Below are positions 25,792 to 37,003 of a stretch of DNA of 37,003 nucleotides, piece after piece (position 1 is the first letter of the stretch; each line of letters starts with the position of its first letter). A program made the position numbers and the translations under genes. Origin of the DNA: Welwitschia mirabilis (taxonomy: Eukaryota). Where the stretch lies: the NCBI GenBank assembly GCA_051453625.1, contig JBOZIK010000001.1:49096322-49133324 (forward strand), given 5' to 3'. The notes under the pieces were generated by a model that did not search any database, was not told the origin of the DNA, and saw only the letters and a program-made list of their open reading frames with translations.

Positions 25792-28590
25792 TTCATTCTA
25801 TATGATGGAAGGAGTTTTAAGTAGGAATGGTGTGAAATATTTCTTAAATTTGTACATAGGAAAATTAAACCTTAGGACATCATCAACCTGAAAATACCTC
25901 CTTTTCTAGAGGAAATAAAAGAGGTAATATTTTCAATCTCTAGTAAGAAATATCATGGTATTGTTAGTTTTTTAATTCAATGTTTTAAACACTACTATAA
26001 TCTTATTAAATAAGATTTCATGAAAATGATTTTTAAATTCTAAAAGATAGGTACTATTTTAAAATAAGTTAATTGAACTTGCATTGTTTTATTTTCTAAG
26101 AAGATTGATGTTAAATCTATGAAGGGTTAGTTGGCATACATAATTTATAAAATTCTTTTAAAATTATTATCATTAAGGCTCAAGTAGATCTTTATTAGTG
26201 CTTAAAATAAGTAGGATATGTTTGATAGAGAGAGATTTTATTAATTAGTTCATTTAATTCAAGAAATTATTCACTTAGCTACTTAGTAAAGTCCTTTTAT
26301 TACTTGAAAGTTAGATATTTTAAAAGCTCATAATAATATCAATTAGAACTATATGATTAGCATCCTTAATGAATTTGCCTTTCCTTCTCAAGGGAATACT
26401 AAAATTTAATCTTGTTTTAGTTTAAGTAATTTTAATATCTTAGTTTATGGATTTATAATTGATTTTATATATTCTAGCAATTGTCATGGATAATGAGATT
26501 CTATTTTTCTTATCTTTTCATCATTGTAATTGAATTGTTACTGCTAAATTAAGATTTTTAACATAATAAAAAATGAATAAAGACATTATTGCTACATATG
26601 GCCATCTTGAATCCACTCATTCCCAATTTATTAATGATACTCTTATTTTTTATAAGAATAAAGAGAATTATGTGCTAAAACACAATGAGAAATTTAGCGA
26701 TCTTTTTTTGATGGCCTTAGATATAGGCAAGAGATAGAATAGCTTCCAATAAAAAACATAGGGATTCTCCTATTTGTTAATAAAATGAATAAGAACTTTG
26801 ATAGGAGATTCTCAATCAGATTGATAAGATACTTAGTAGCTAGTAAGCTTAATTATCATCTTAAGTAAGAAAATTACAACTAATAAAGTCTTATTTGCAT
26901 GAAGTTCCTTTGTACATAATGTTAACTTTAAAGGCCCTAAAATCTATAACAAATTCTATTGAGAAGATTAAAAGAAATTTCCTTTGATCTAATAACAAAA
27001 CAAAAATTCTTCATTCCATCAAATGGAATGATGTGTGTAAGCTAAAGTAGTATAAAGGTGTAGGTATAAGGATATTTTATCAATCAAAATAACTTTCAAG
27101 AGGAAACTCATCCTAATAATTAGACATAAAAGATAATAATTAGAATTAAGTTATAAAGAATAAAAATTTATATGGCAATGCTACTTTTTATAATATGCCT
27201 AGAATGACTCTCCAATTTAGAAATGGTCTTAAAAATCAAGTATTTATTAGATGGATTGAAACTTGGCTTAGATAGAAGGAAGAATACAAATATGATATCC
27301 AAAACGTTTATGATACTCTAGACATTTTGGTACTTATGATAAGACAACCAAAGTTTAAAATAATCATATTATTACTCTTAAACTATAACTATTTGCTTAA
27401 AAATTAATCAAAAACTAGCATTCACCTAAATCTCATTTAAGTGAAAAAGGCATCATTGATGATACAAAATATGTCACCTATGTTTTATTAAAATATAATA
27501 GATTCAAATTCATTAGAAAGGGACTATCTAATATATAAGATTCTATCTTTATTAATGGAGATATTTTAATATGTATTAGTTACTATAATAAAACCTATGT
27601 TGAAAATAAGAAATAAGTTTAAAATGTCCTCATCCTTTATATATTCTACCAGTTTTGTAAATTAAGGAATTAGTTCAAGATGCTTTGATTTTAAACTTAC
27701 ATCTATGAACTTAAATTCTTAAAAAGTGGAAACATTATGTTGAAAAACATAGCTCTTTCTCTTTTATTCATGATTTTCATGAACCTAGACTCTTATGGAA
27801 ATAAGATGCTAAATTTGTAGTGCTTTTGATAATTTAAAGTTATGGGGTGTTGTAAATAGAAATGGATTTTCTTAGTGGTTTCTAGATATGTAGAGGTACC
27901 TTTCCTCTTTTGCTTAGGCACTCAGTTAATCATCTTTAAACGATTGAACCTTTATGATAAATGTCATAGTTTTTTAATTTTCTTTTAGTTCCCTTTAAAT
28001 ATTAGGGATTTTTATAAAAGGAGAAAGTTTCTTGATTAATAAGACGTTCTCTTTAAATAAATTTAGATTATTTCTTAAAGAATATGATGATAGAACAACT
28101 TTATCATATTTGCATGTTTGTTGTAATAGATAGATCTATTCCTCAATCTCATGAATTAGAAAAATCATATGATGTATTATCTTTAAAATGGTCTCTTTCA
28201 TTTGTAAGCAGTGTCCTTTAATTTTGTGGCATATGTTTTAGAAGAAATCCACTATTTTATTTATGATGTTATAAATGGTGATTTAAAATCTTTACATCAT
28301 ATGAATTTGTTTTTTGTTTATTTAAATGGAAGAACATGGAAGATCTTAGTCCAATTCTTAAACAATGATCTAAGATATATATTTTTATTCAAAGATGTAA
28401 GTAAAAGCTCCTAAGATATAAAAGACTTAGTAATCTCCTATTTTATTATTCTTGTACCTAATTTTTTTTGGAGGAATCTCGCTGATGAAGCCTAAATTTT
28501 GGACAAACTAAGGTATTAATAATCAATATTTTGCATTAATTTTTAAACTTTAATATTGTATTTAGAGTTGTTTTTGTACTTTTTAAATGA
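25792..28590 (+). mobile_element. L1-type LINE, 3' segment: RT, zf-RVT and probable RNase H (pseudogenised)
   Basis: EEIKEVIFSISSKKYHG (cf. KAPGPDG), LIQEIIH, KLDILKAHNNI, HSQFINDTLIF (cf. FADD) and IKWNDVCKLK*YKGVGIR. The segment resumes right after the Athila TSD; its 3' end is approximate. Confidence 0.8.
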
Positions 28591-30355
28591 TAAATACCTT
28601 AAACATTTAATAAGCTCAAAATAATGCATTACAATCTAGTTCAAGGCTTTTTGCAATGCTTGTAACAAGAAAATCAAGATTGAGGGTGAATATGTCATTC
28701 ATAGATGAGTACTTCAATGTAGAAGCTCTATAGATGATTTATAATTCCTTTTTCATCATCATATATCATCATATTTCTAATGTAACTATTCTGATTCATT
28801 TTAACATTGGATGACATCAGAACCTTTTAGAACATTAGTACCTTAGAAAATTACATTTTGAAAGCTATAATTTATATATGTATAGTCAGTTTTGAGTCTA
28901 ATGTAATGAATTCATGTATTGTAAGCTTTAAGAGATAAAATTAGATCAAGTTTTATTTTTTTTGATTTTTAGTAGTTATTTGTGAAACTACTTATGACAC
29001 TACAGCACTGATTCCAAGTGTACGCCATCTGATGGTTTTCCCTACAAACTCATGTATCACATGTGAATTGGTAGTGGTTTTGGTAACTTCTCAGCCTGAG
29101 AATAACCCTCTTGTGCCTATAAAAATTCCTCTTAGTGCTTAAAATAATATCACAGCATTATTATGTCTTTTTTATGCTAATTTTACCATTATTAAGTATT
29201 GGAAGGAGATTTTGTATCAATTCTCTCTCATTTTATTATTTCCAGGTTGCTCTTCTCTCTATATCAACTTTAGAAACCTTATACATTTGTTATTTACATC
29301 TTTGAATGTTACTAAAATCCATTTTTAATTTTCCAAACCCTTTCATATACCATTGTTTGTCAGCTTTTCTCCCATTTCCATCCATATGGAAGGCATTACA
29401 AGGGTGGTGAAGTGCACGTGATTGGGTGGTACAAGAAGAGAAGAAGATATCAAATGTTATAAACAATTAGATGTAAGAATAATAAAAAGGGTTTTTCATT
29501 AATTTGAAATAAATGAATGTTCTTTTCTTTATGTTTTTCATGATTTAATTACCTAATTAATGCATCTATATCATTAAATTTTTTTGATTTAGTTATTTCA
29601 TTTTATGGGATATTGTATAAATAATGCTGACTAGATTGTTGAACACTTAGTACCTATCCTAAAAATATAAAACTTTGCATGTTTGATCAATTCTTATCAA
29701 AATAAATCATGTGTTTTATTCTTCTTCTTTCTTCTGTCCTTTATTCTTTTCATTTTCTAGTACATTTCTCATGATTCCACCTTTCTTCTAGGGCAAATGA
29801 TGATGAATTTATATTTTCTTCTCTCTAATTATAGTATATTGATATATAAATATTTTCTTTATCTTTTTATAAAATTAAAATTATTCTTTTATATAAGGAT
29901 TATTCTCTATTCTAACTCTTTTTCTTAAAATCAAAGTAAAATAGTAAATTTTAGAATTTGTTTTGGCTATAATACTTTCTGGGCAACTTCAATGATTCTA
30001 AAATTTTATTATAGCTTTCTCTCATGATTTAAAAATTTTCTTTTCTATGGAGTTAAAAGCAAAATGTTTCCTTCTAAAATCCTATTTTTTCAATCTTAGT
30101 TGTAGTTTTACTCAGAAAAATTTAAGAACTGTCAATCTTATTTTTTTTTAAATTTTGCATAGTGAATTTCTCCATTAATGTTAATGTTTTCAAAAATTAA
30201 AGATTCTATCTTGTAGAATTTTTGAGTACATTCAGAATATGAAATCTAGTTTTTTTTTAAAGGTTTTTAGTTTGTTTAGTATTCTTGGTAAAAGTAGTAT
30301 TGATGGTAATGTTTGAAGTTTTTTCTAGATGAACTATTTTTCATTGGTTGGAATC

Positions 30356-30987
30356 TATTGCGATCCCAAATTGTCATGTTTTAATGGTATAATTGGTGAT
30401 GTTTTGTAGGGAACAGGGACTCAATTCAGTCATTTTCAGGAATTTTGTCTTGAATTGATCTAATAATCTAATTATAATATTAAATGCCATATTTCATCTG
30501 GAAGAACAAGAATTCAACCATGACATAAAGTGGAGCAAAAAGTAGAGGAAAAGACCAATAAAATGACTGTTGTCCCCTCTATCATCCCCACAACAAAGGT
30601 CATAACCACAAGAAGACTTGCATTCAAAGGAGGCTGGCAAGGCTGATGCAGTGAGGCTGATGTGGCTTGCTGACTTAACTGTCATGATGGATGTCGTCCA
30701 CACGACATAGGAGACCACATAACCATTACTCATGAATTCAAATAATAATAAGATTTTGACATGGTGGGCTCTGATTGGATGATGCAAGGGTGTCATGTCC
30801 AATGTCATGCCCAGGATGATAGTAATATGATAGTGCTATAACTTCTTCCTAACTAAGTCAATTAAGGTTTAGTTTATGCCTAATGATGTCTTTTCGGCTG
30901 TACGAACCTCCTTGACCTGTGACCACCTTAGGAAAGCTATAAAAGTCCCCATTTAACATCATTTAGTTATCTTTTGACATTGGAGGA
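30356..30987 (+). repeat. Element B 5' LTR (partial, interrupted at 30988)
   Basis: TATTGCGATCCCAAATTGTCATG... aligns with 36236-~36853, then similarity stops abruptly. Confidence 0.85.
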
Positions 30988-31066
30988 TGTTGCGCCGCCA
31001 ACTTAAGTGTATTTGATAGGATATTTTGAGTTGTTTTGCAGATAAACTAACAGATAAATGCTCAGT

Positions 31067-31166
31067 NNNNNNNNNNNNNNNNNNNNNNNNNNNNNNNNNN
31101 NNNNNNNNNNNNNNNNNNNNNNNNNNNNNNNNNNNNNNNNNNNNNNNNNNNNNNNNNNNNNNNNNN
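31067..31166. other. Assembly gap of exactly 100 N (probably an unknown-size placeholder)
   Basis: Exactly 100 N, as at 472-571. Other gaps: 818-1510, 4850-5317, 7003-7013, 12439-12558, 19711-19720, 22909-22918, 31423-31977, 32305-32610. Confidence 0.9.
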
Positions 31167-32304
31167 TGATCAACCTATTGATGATGACTTTCTAAATGAA
31201 TAACATCTTATGGTTGAATAATTTTATGAAGTATTTTCACAATAACCTGCTCCTTGGTATGCTAATATTGTAAATTATCTTATCAGACTTCAAACACCTT
31301 TTCATTGGAATAAAAACCAATGAAAATATTTTTTTTATAGGATAGGCGATTATGAATGGATTGAACCTCATCTATACAAGCGATGCAAAGATCAAATCAT
31401 GCGCAAATGTGTTTCCAAATGGNNNNNNNNNNNNNNNNNNNNNNNNNNNNNNNNNNNNNNNNNNNNNNNNNNNNNNNNNNNNNNNNNNNNNNNNNNNNNN
31501 NNNNNNNNNNNNNNNNNNNNNNNNNNNNNNNNNNNNNNNNNNNNNNNNNNNNNNNNNNNNNNNNNNNNNNNNNNNNNNNNNNNNNNNNNNNNNNNNNNNN
31601 NNNNNNNNNNNNNNNNNNNNNNNNNNNNNNNNNNNNNNNNNNNNNNNNNNNNNNNNNNNNNNNNNNNNNNNNNNNNNNNNNNNNNNNNNNNNNNNNNNNN
31701 NNNNNNNNNNNNNNNNNNNNNNNNNNNNNNNNNNNNNNNNNNNNNNNNNNNNNNNNNNNNNNNNNNNNNNNNNNNNNNNNNNNNNNNNNNNNNNNNNNNN
31801 NNNNNNNNNNNNNNNNNNNNNNNNNNNNNNNNNNNNNNNNNNNNNNNNNNNNNNNNNNNNNNNNNNNNNNNNNNNNNNNNNNNNNNNNNNNNNNNNNNNN
31901 NNNNNNNNNNNNNNNNNNNNNNNNNNNNNNNNNNNNNNNNNNNNNNNNNNNNNNNNNNNNNNNNNNNNNNNNNNNNNCTTTTCAAACTCTGTCACAAATC
32001 TCCGAAATCATGAGTGCTTCATCTTAATGATGTCCTTTGGAACCATCATATGACTTGGCTTAATTCTTTAGATTTCTCTCCTTATGAATTTTTCTACGAA
32101 AAAACATGTATGCTTCCAGTCGATGTGTGCTATAATTCTTACAAAATAGTTCATCAACTTAACCTTGCTTCTCATACTGACAATCTTCAAGAAATATTAA
32201 CCCAATTGAACCACCTTGATGAAAAAAGAATCCAAGCCCTCCATTACCAACTTATAGTCAAAGCCCAAGCCAAATATGGACATGATAAAAACCTTATGCA
32301 TAAG
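31167..32304 (+). pseudogene. Athila-type integrase relic, spanning an N-gap
   Basis: PIDDDF..PWYANIVNYL..YEWIEPHLYKRCKDQIMRKCV, and LNDVLW..SPYEFFYEKTCMLPV..LNHLDEKR..AKYGHDK. Confidence 0.85.
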
Positions 32305-33040
32305 NNNNNNNNNNNNNNNNNNNNNNNNNNNNNNNNNNNNNNNNNNNNNNNNNNNNNNNNNNNNNNNNNNNNNNNNNNNNNNNNNNNNNNNNNNNNNNNN
32401 NNNNNNNNNNNNNNNNNNNNNNNNNNNNNNNNNNNNNNNNNNNNNNNNNNNNNNNNNNNNNNNNNNNNNNNNNNNNNNNNNNNNNNNNNNNNNNNNNNNN
32501 NNNNNNNNNNNNNNNNNNNNNNNNNNNNNNNNNNNNNNNNNNNNNNNNNNNNNNNNNNNNNNNNNNNNNNNNNNNNNNNNNNNNNNNNNNNNNNNNNNNN
32601 NNNNNNNNNNTATCTATCTTTAAATCATCAAACTACTTAATCATCTTTCACATAATCAATATTCCATTATTAAGATTCATGAAGTTTAACAAGTAATGAG
32701 TTTGACTTTATCCAAACTCAAAGTATTCAAATACCTATGAATACTTGATGCTTGTCAATTACCTCATTAGAAAAGTGTAAATACATTCAAAATAAAAAAA
32801 GAAATGGTGTTTAATTTCATGGTATTATATTGCAAGCACACCAGAGGGACAGTTGACTTTAGAGTCCATTATCTTTTAGCAAGGTAATATGGCAGTTGTG
32901 GAGACTCCACCTAGGGAACAGTTGATCATGATCGGGTTTTTTACTTGTGGATCCCTTATCCTATGGCAGTGGTTACACCTCCCTCATCATAAAGAATAGT
33001 ATCCTTTGATACTTAATTTGCCTCTCTAAATAAAACATCT

Positions 33041-33109
33041 AAAAAAAAAAAAAAGAAAGAAGAAGGGGGAAGGAGGAAGAGAAAGAAAGAGGAAGAAAAA
33101 TAAAAAAAG
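33041..33109 (+). repeat. Long polypurine / low-complexity tract in element B post-integrase region
   Basis: An A run followed by GAAAGAAGAAGGGGGAAGGAGGAAGAGAAAG... Confidence 0.8.
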
Positions 33110-34849
33110 CACTCAAAATTTCTATGAGTACCTTGACAAGCATCTCTTCATAATCACTTATTTCTGAATTTCTTATATTTAAGCATTATGTCATGGATAT
33201 CTTTCACATTAATTAGTTTGATAATTATCCTATATAGGTCTTGTTAGGTTGGTACCTAGAATACAAAGGACCAACCTTCTTCATGTTCTTTAAATTCATT
33301 TCTTTCATAATTTCATAATTAAATAAAAAATTCTCAAAGTCAAATTGCATTCTATTAAAATTCTTATTAGATTTAATTCTTTAGCTAAGTTAAGTTATCT
33401 ATTATGGCTCTATGCATTCTATCATTCAACTACTGGCTTTGGAAATCATTATAAACGTGCTAAAGTTCAAATTTATGCATTTCAAAATTACAATGTTCAA
33501 TTTATGTCTTTATCACCTCACGAGCCATTTTTATGTCAATTTTCTATTATGCCTAACATGGTTAAGCTTTCCTGATATCCATCTAAATACTCCACTTAAA
33601 ATTCTAGACTTATCTTTTACATTTGCATTAAAAGAATCTGTCATTTTGACTATCGTTCCCATGACCATTGCCATGACAGTTGCTGACAACTATCCTTTCC
33701 TATGTCATCACCACGATAAAAGAAATGAAACCAAAACTTAAGATATAGTAAATTGATCACATAATTCATGATCCTTACCCTTCTCTCAGTTAGAAAACTT
33801 GATGGTACTTCAATTTTGATGAGTATAACCTTGAGAAAATTACTAAAACATTAAATTTTCTTGGACATCCCCATTAAACCCCTTCAAATGCTATTTTGGC
33901 TAATTGGGGAAATTGAGCCTTGTTATAAGATTTCTCATAAATCACTGATTCAGGATCCATGATTTATTTTTAATTTTGAGCCTAATTTAATCAAAATTTT
34001 TAAGCCTACCTTCATCATATTGACATTTTCACAATTTCTAATCACTACATTACATTTCATGAGAATTGAATTGAGAATCAAAATTCCCTTCATGCTTAAG
34101 GTATATCATCAAAATCTAGGTTCAATTTGAATGTGAGAAGGCTATTGTTTCATACATTTTCCACATGAAAAAGGGGATGACGACTGTGAATTTTTCACTC
34201 AGCTATTTTATATGGTCGTGTCCATGGTCGTCCCCACGATAGTGTGAGCAACACATGTGTCGTTGCTTATGTCATCTCATGACATGAGGGACGAGCACAA
34301 CAGAATTTCTATAAACTCCTTTTTCTCCTTCATTTTCACACCAAATCTTATATCACTTGTCTTCTCTGACTTCTCTTAGGTACCTTATCAATCTTTCATC
34401 TTTGGAGCTATTAGTTACAAGCAATTTAGTCAAATTTCATTGAAATGAGGTAATTCTTCACCTTTCCTATAGTTCAAAATTTTTGAATTTTTCTCATTTC
34501 ACTCATTGTAGGCCAAATCAGATGAGTTCTCTCCAAACTAGCTTATATTTTTGGCTGATCTATGCTTAGAAACTTACAGAATCAAATTTAGTCCATTAAA
34601 TTCAAAGTTATGAGTATTTTCTTATGAAATTTAATATTTTTCACATTTTTGAAGTTTTTCGCTGATTACACATTCAATTTGCAATATTTTTTGCCATGTT
34701 AGGTATTAAATTGATCCTTATTTTATTAGGTAAGATCCGGTTCTTATAAGAGAACATTTGGTTACCCATAAACAAAGTTATGAATTTTTTTCCATTTTCT
34801 CTTAAATGGTACATATCTATTTTTTTGTGGATTTTCATGCAGTAACACA

Positions 34850-35179
34850 GGTGCATCCTCTTCTTGAATCTACACACACTCTATCACTTCTTAAGTAGCA
34901 GAATAATGGGAATGAGAGGGTATTTTACAAGAGTAAAGGCATATCCTTGCTTTTTCTATTTACTAGAGGGAGATGCATTTTGGAGATTACATTCAAAGAC
35001 TTGAGCCTAGCTTAGACCATGCACTAAAAGAGCTTGATATTTCGAGCATGATTATTACATGCTCATGGCTCTTAGTATGAGGTAGAGATTATTTAGTTCT
35101 ATTAGACCTTCGAGGTTATCTCAGCTACCAGAGAGGATGGCTCATATTATGATCAGATTAGAGCTACTGTATAAGGACG

Positions 35180-35214
<35 letters not shown>

Positions 35215-35970
35215 AGACGTAGCATAGTACAGCTGTCACAGGGCTTCCCAGAGATGGGGAGAGGATTGATCTTTGTGGAGGTGAGTTAAAGAGGTGAAGT
35301 TATGTTGTCTAGCTAGATTTACCATATTCAATTAATAGAGAGGATGGATTTAGCTACCTTCATCTGGCATTAACTAAAATGGATGAGCACTCAGCGCCAA
35401 TTTTCTATTGATGCTTATCCCTATCTATTGAGTGCTTTCTTTCGACGGTTTGAGATCCCCATTTCAGAAGATACCCCTCATGCAGTACCTATTATAACTG
35501 ATGATACATATTTCAGGTAACTAGGGATAGAGATACTTGGTATGGCTTTACCAGCTCCTGGTAAGGCACCTGCAGCACAACCATCTCCTCATGGACAGCC
35601 TCAGGCAGCTAGAGGTATCACTCTGGATCAGATCAATACATTATTAGAAGGAATGATATAGAGGATATAATCATGACTTGATCAGTTGGAGGCACATTTC
35701 CGCACTGTAGATGAGCAAAGTCGAGCTACCATGGAGTAGAGTTGAGCTATCTTAAAGAGGGTAATCAATATTCGGTAGGATACTTTAGTGGACATCCCTG
35801 TGGTAGTTCATGTTCATCATGATGCGACCACATCCAACCTACGTGAGCACATCTCTCATTTCTTTCTAGATGTTGATGAGTCTATCATTGAGCCACCTGT
35901 GAAGACAGGTGGTAAGAGGGATACTAACATGAAGGTTGAGTTTCGGTCCTCTCCACAAAGAGACCCATGA
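34850..35970 (+). pseudogene. Athila env-like / extra ORF relic
   Basis: GC-richer coding-like block between integrase and the PPT. It reads AVTGLPRDGE, YPYLLSAFFRRFEIP, a Pro/Ala linker and a coiled-coil-like LDQLEAHFRTVDEQ. Stops are consistent with CAA/CAG/CGA deamination. The start is approximate. Confidence 0.6.
35181..35212. repeat. (TA)16 microsatellite
   Basis: Directly visible in the sequence. Confidence 0.97.
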
Positions 35971-36235
35971 CTATTGATGTAGTTTTAAGTCTTACAGAAA
36001 CTATGTTTCTTTCATTTCATTGTACTTAGGCACATGTTTTTCTTTTATGAGACTGCTAATCAATAATTATTTATTAATGGTGACTTTTCTTTATCTTAAA
36101 TTGCTAGTTTATCTAGACATGCAATGTATTTTTTTGATCTGATTTTAAAGTTTTCCTTCCCCATTAATTTGGCATCACAAAGTCCTCTTTTGCTTTGTTT
36201 GTTAAGGGACTGACAAAATGCTAGGTGGGAGGCTA

Positions 36236-37003
36236 TGTTGCAATCCCAAATTGTCATGTTTTAATGGTGTAATTGGTGATGTTTTGCAGGGAACAGGGAT
36301 TCAATTCAGTCACTTTTAGGCATTTTGTTATGAATCAATCTAATAATCTAATTATGATAGTAAATGGAATATTTTCATCTAAAAGGAAAAGAATTCAACC
36401 AAGACACAAAGTGTTGTAAAAAGTGGAGGAAAAGACCAATAAAATGGCTATCGTCCCCTCTATCATCCCCATGACAAAGGGCATGACCATAGGAATATTG
36501 CATTCGAAGGAGGCTGACAAGGCTAATGTGGCTTGCTGACTTAGATGTTGTGGTGACTATCGTCCACATGACATAGGAGATGACATAGCCATTACTTGTG
36601 AATTCAAATACCAACGGGATTCTAACATGGCAGGCTCTGATTGGATGATGAAAGGGTGTCATGTCTAATGTCATGGCCATGACGATAGTAACATGACAGT
36701 GATATAACTTCTTCCTAACCGAGTCAATTAAGGTCTAGTTTTTACCTAATGATGCCTTTTTACCTATACCAAAATCCCTGATCAGTAACCACCTTATAAA
36801 AGTTATAAAAACCTCCATTTAGCATTATTTGGTCATATTTTGGCATTAGAGGATTGGTGACCAAAAGCATCTAAGGAGTCAAGGATCCAATTTAGTATAG
36901 GAGAGATCATTCTTAGTGTGAAGGCTATGTTTCTGATATTGAGGAGTCACTACCTTGCTGAGGTGTTGTAAGACATTCATTGATTTAATAAAATGTCTTT
37001 CTT
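36236..37003 (+). repeat. Element B 3' LTR (truncated by window end)
   Basis: Starts TGTTGCAATCCCAAA after GGGACTGACAAAATGCTAGGTGGGAGGCTA (PPT region). Confidence 0.88.

Larger units (their letters stand above)
30356..37003 (+). mobile_element. Athila-type Ty3/gypsy element B with env-like ORF; gag-RT not assembled, 3' LTR runs off the window
   Basis: LTR-like direct repeats start at 30356 and 36236, a PPT precedes the second, and Athila integrase relics and an extra ORF lie between them. Confidence 0.82.

Noticed and set aside
28652..29400. Solo LTR TGCAATGCT...GGCATTACA
   Set aside because: Imperfect termini and the flanks (CTTTT vs AGGGT) do not form a TSD.
30494..36680. Paired minus-strand ORFs 30494-30808 and 36375-36680 as a duplicated gene
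   Set aside because: Both lie in the two LTR copies of element B, their frames differ internally, and I see no known domain; probably chance ORFs.

Overview
Plant (angiosperm-type) intergenic or heterochromatic DNA from a gapped draft assembly (10 N-gaps). I see no intact host gene, RNA gene or CRISPR array; almost all of the window is decayed retrotransposon sequence. From left to right: (1) a TRIM-like mini LTR element beside a gap (1511-1731); (2) a minus-strand LINE ORF1 relic (~3200-4120); (3) an internally deleted CRM-type Ty3/gypsy element (minus, one LTR at 7983-8721); (4) a plus-strand L1-type LINE whose ORF2 is split by (5) a full-length Athila-type Ty3/gypsy element (9941-25791, minus, TSD TTCAT), whose 3' LTR is in turn split by (6) a gag-only Sirevirus-type Ty1/copia element (10855-16163, minus); (7) a second, related Athila-type element (30356 to the window end, plus) carrying an env-like extra ORF. 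I cannot support a new biological system here. The best leads are a non-coding block conserved between the two diverged Athila elements, the presence or absence of the env-like module between them, the repeat-count mismatches between the two Sirevirus LTRs, and the TRIM. All protein assignments come from manual translation and motif recognition, not database searches.
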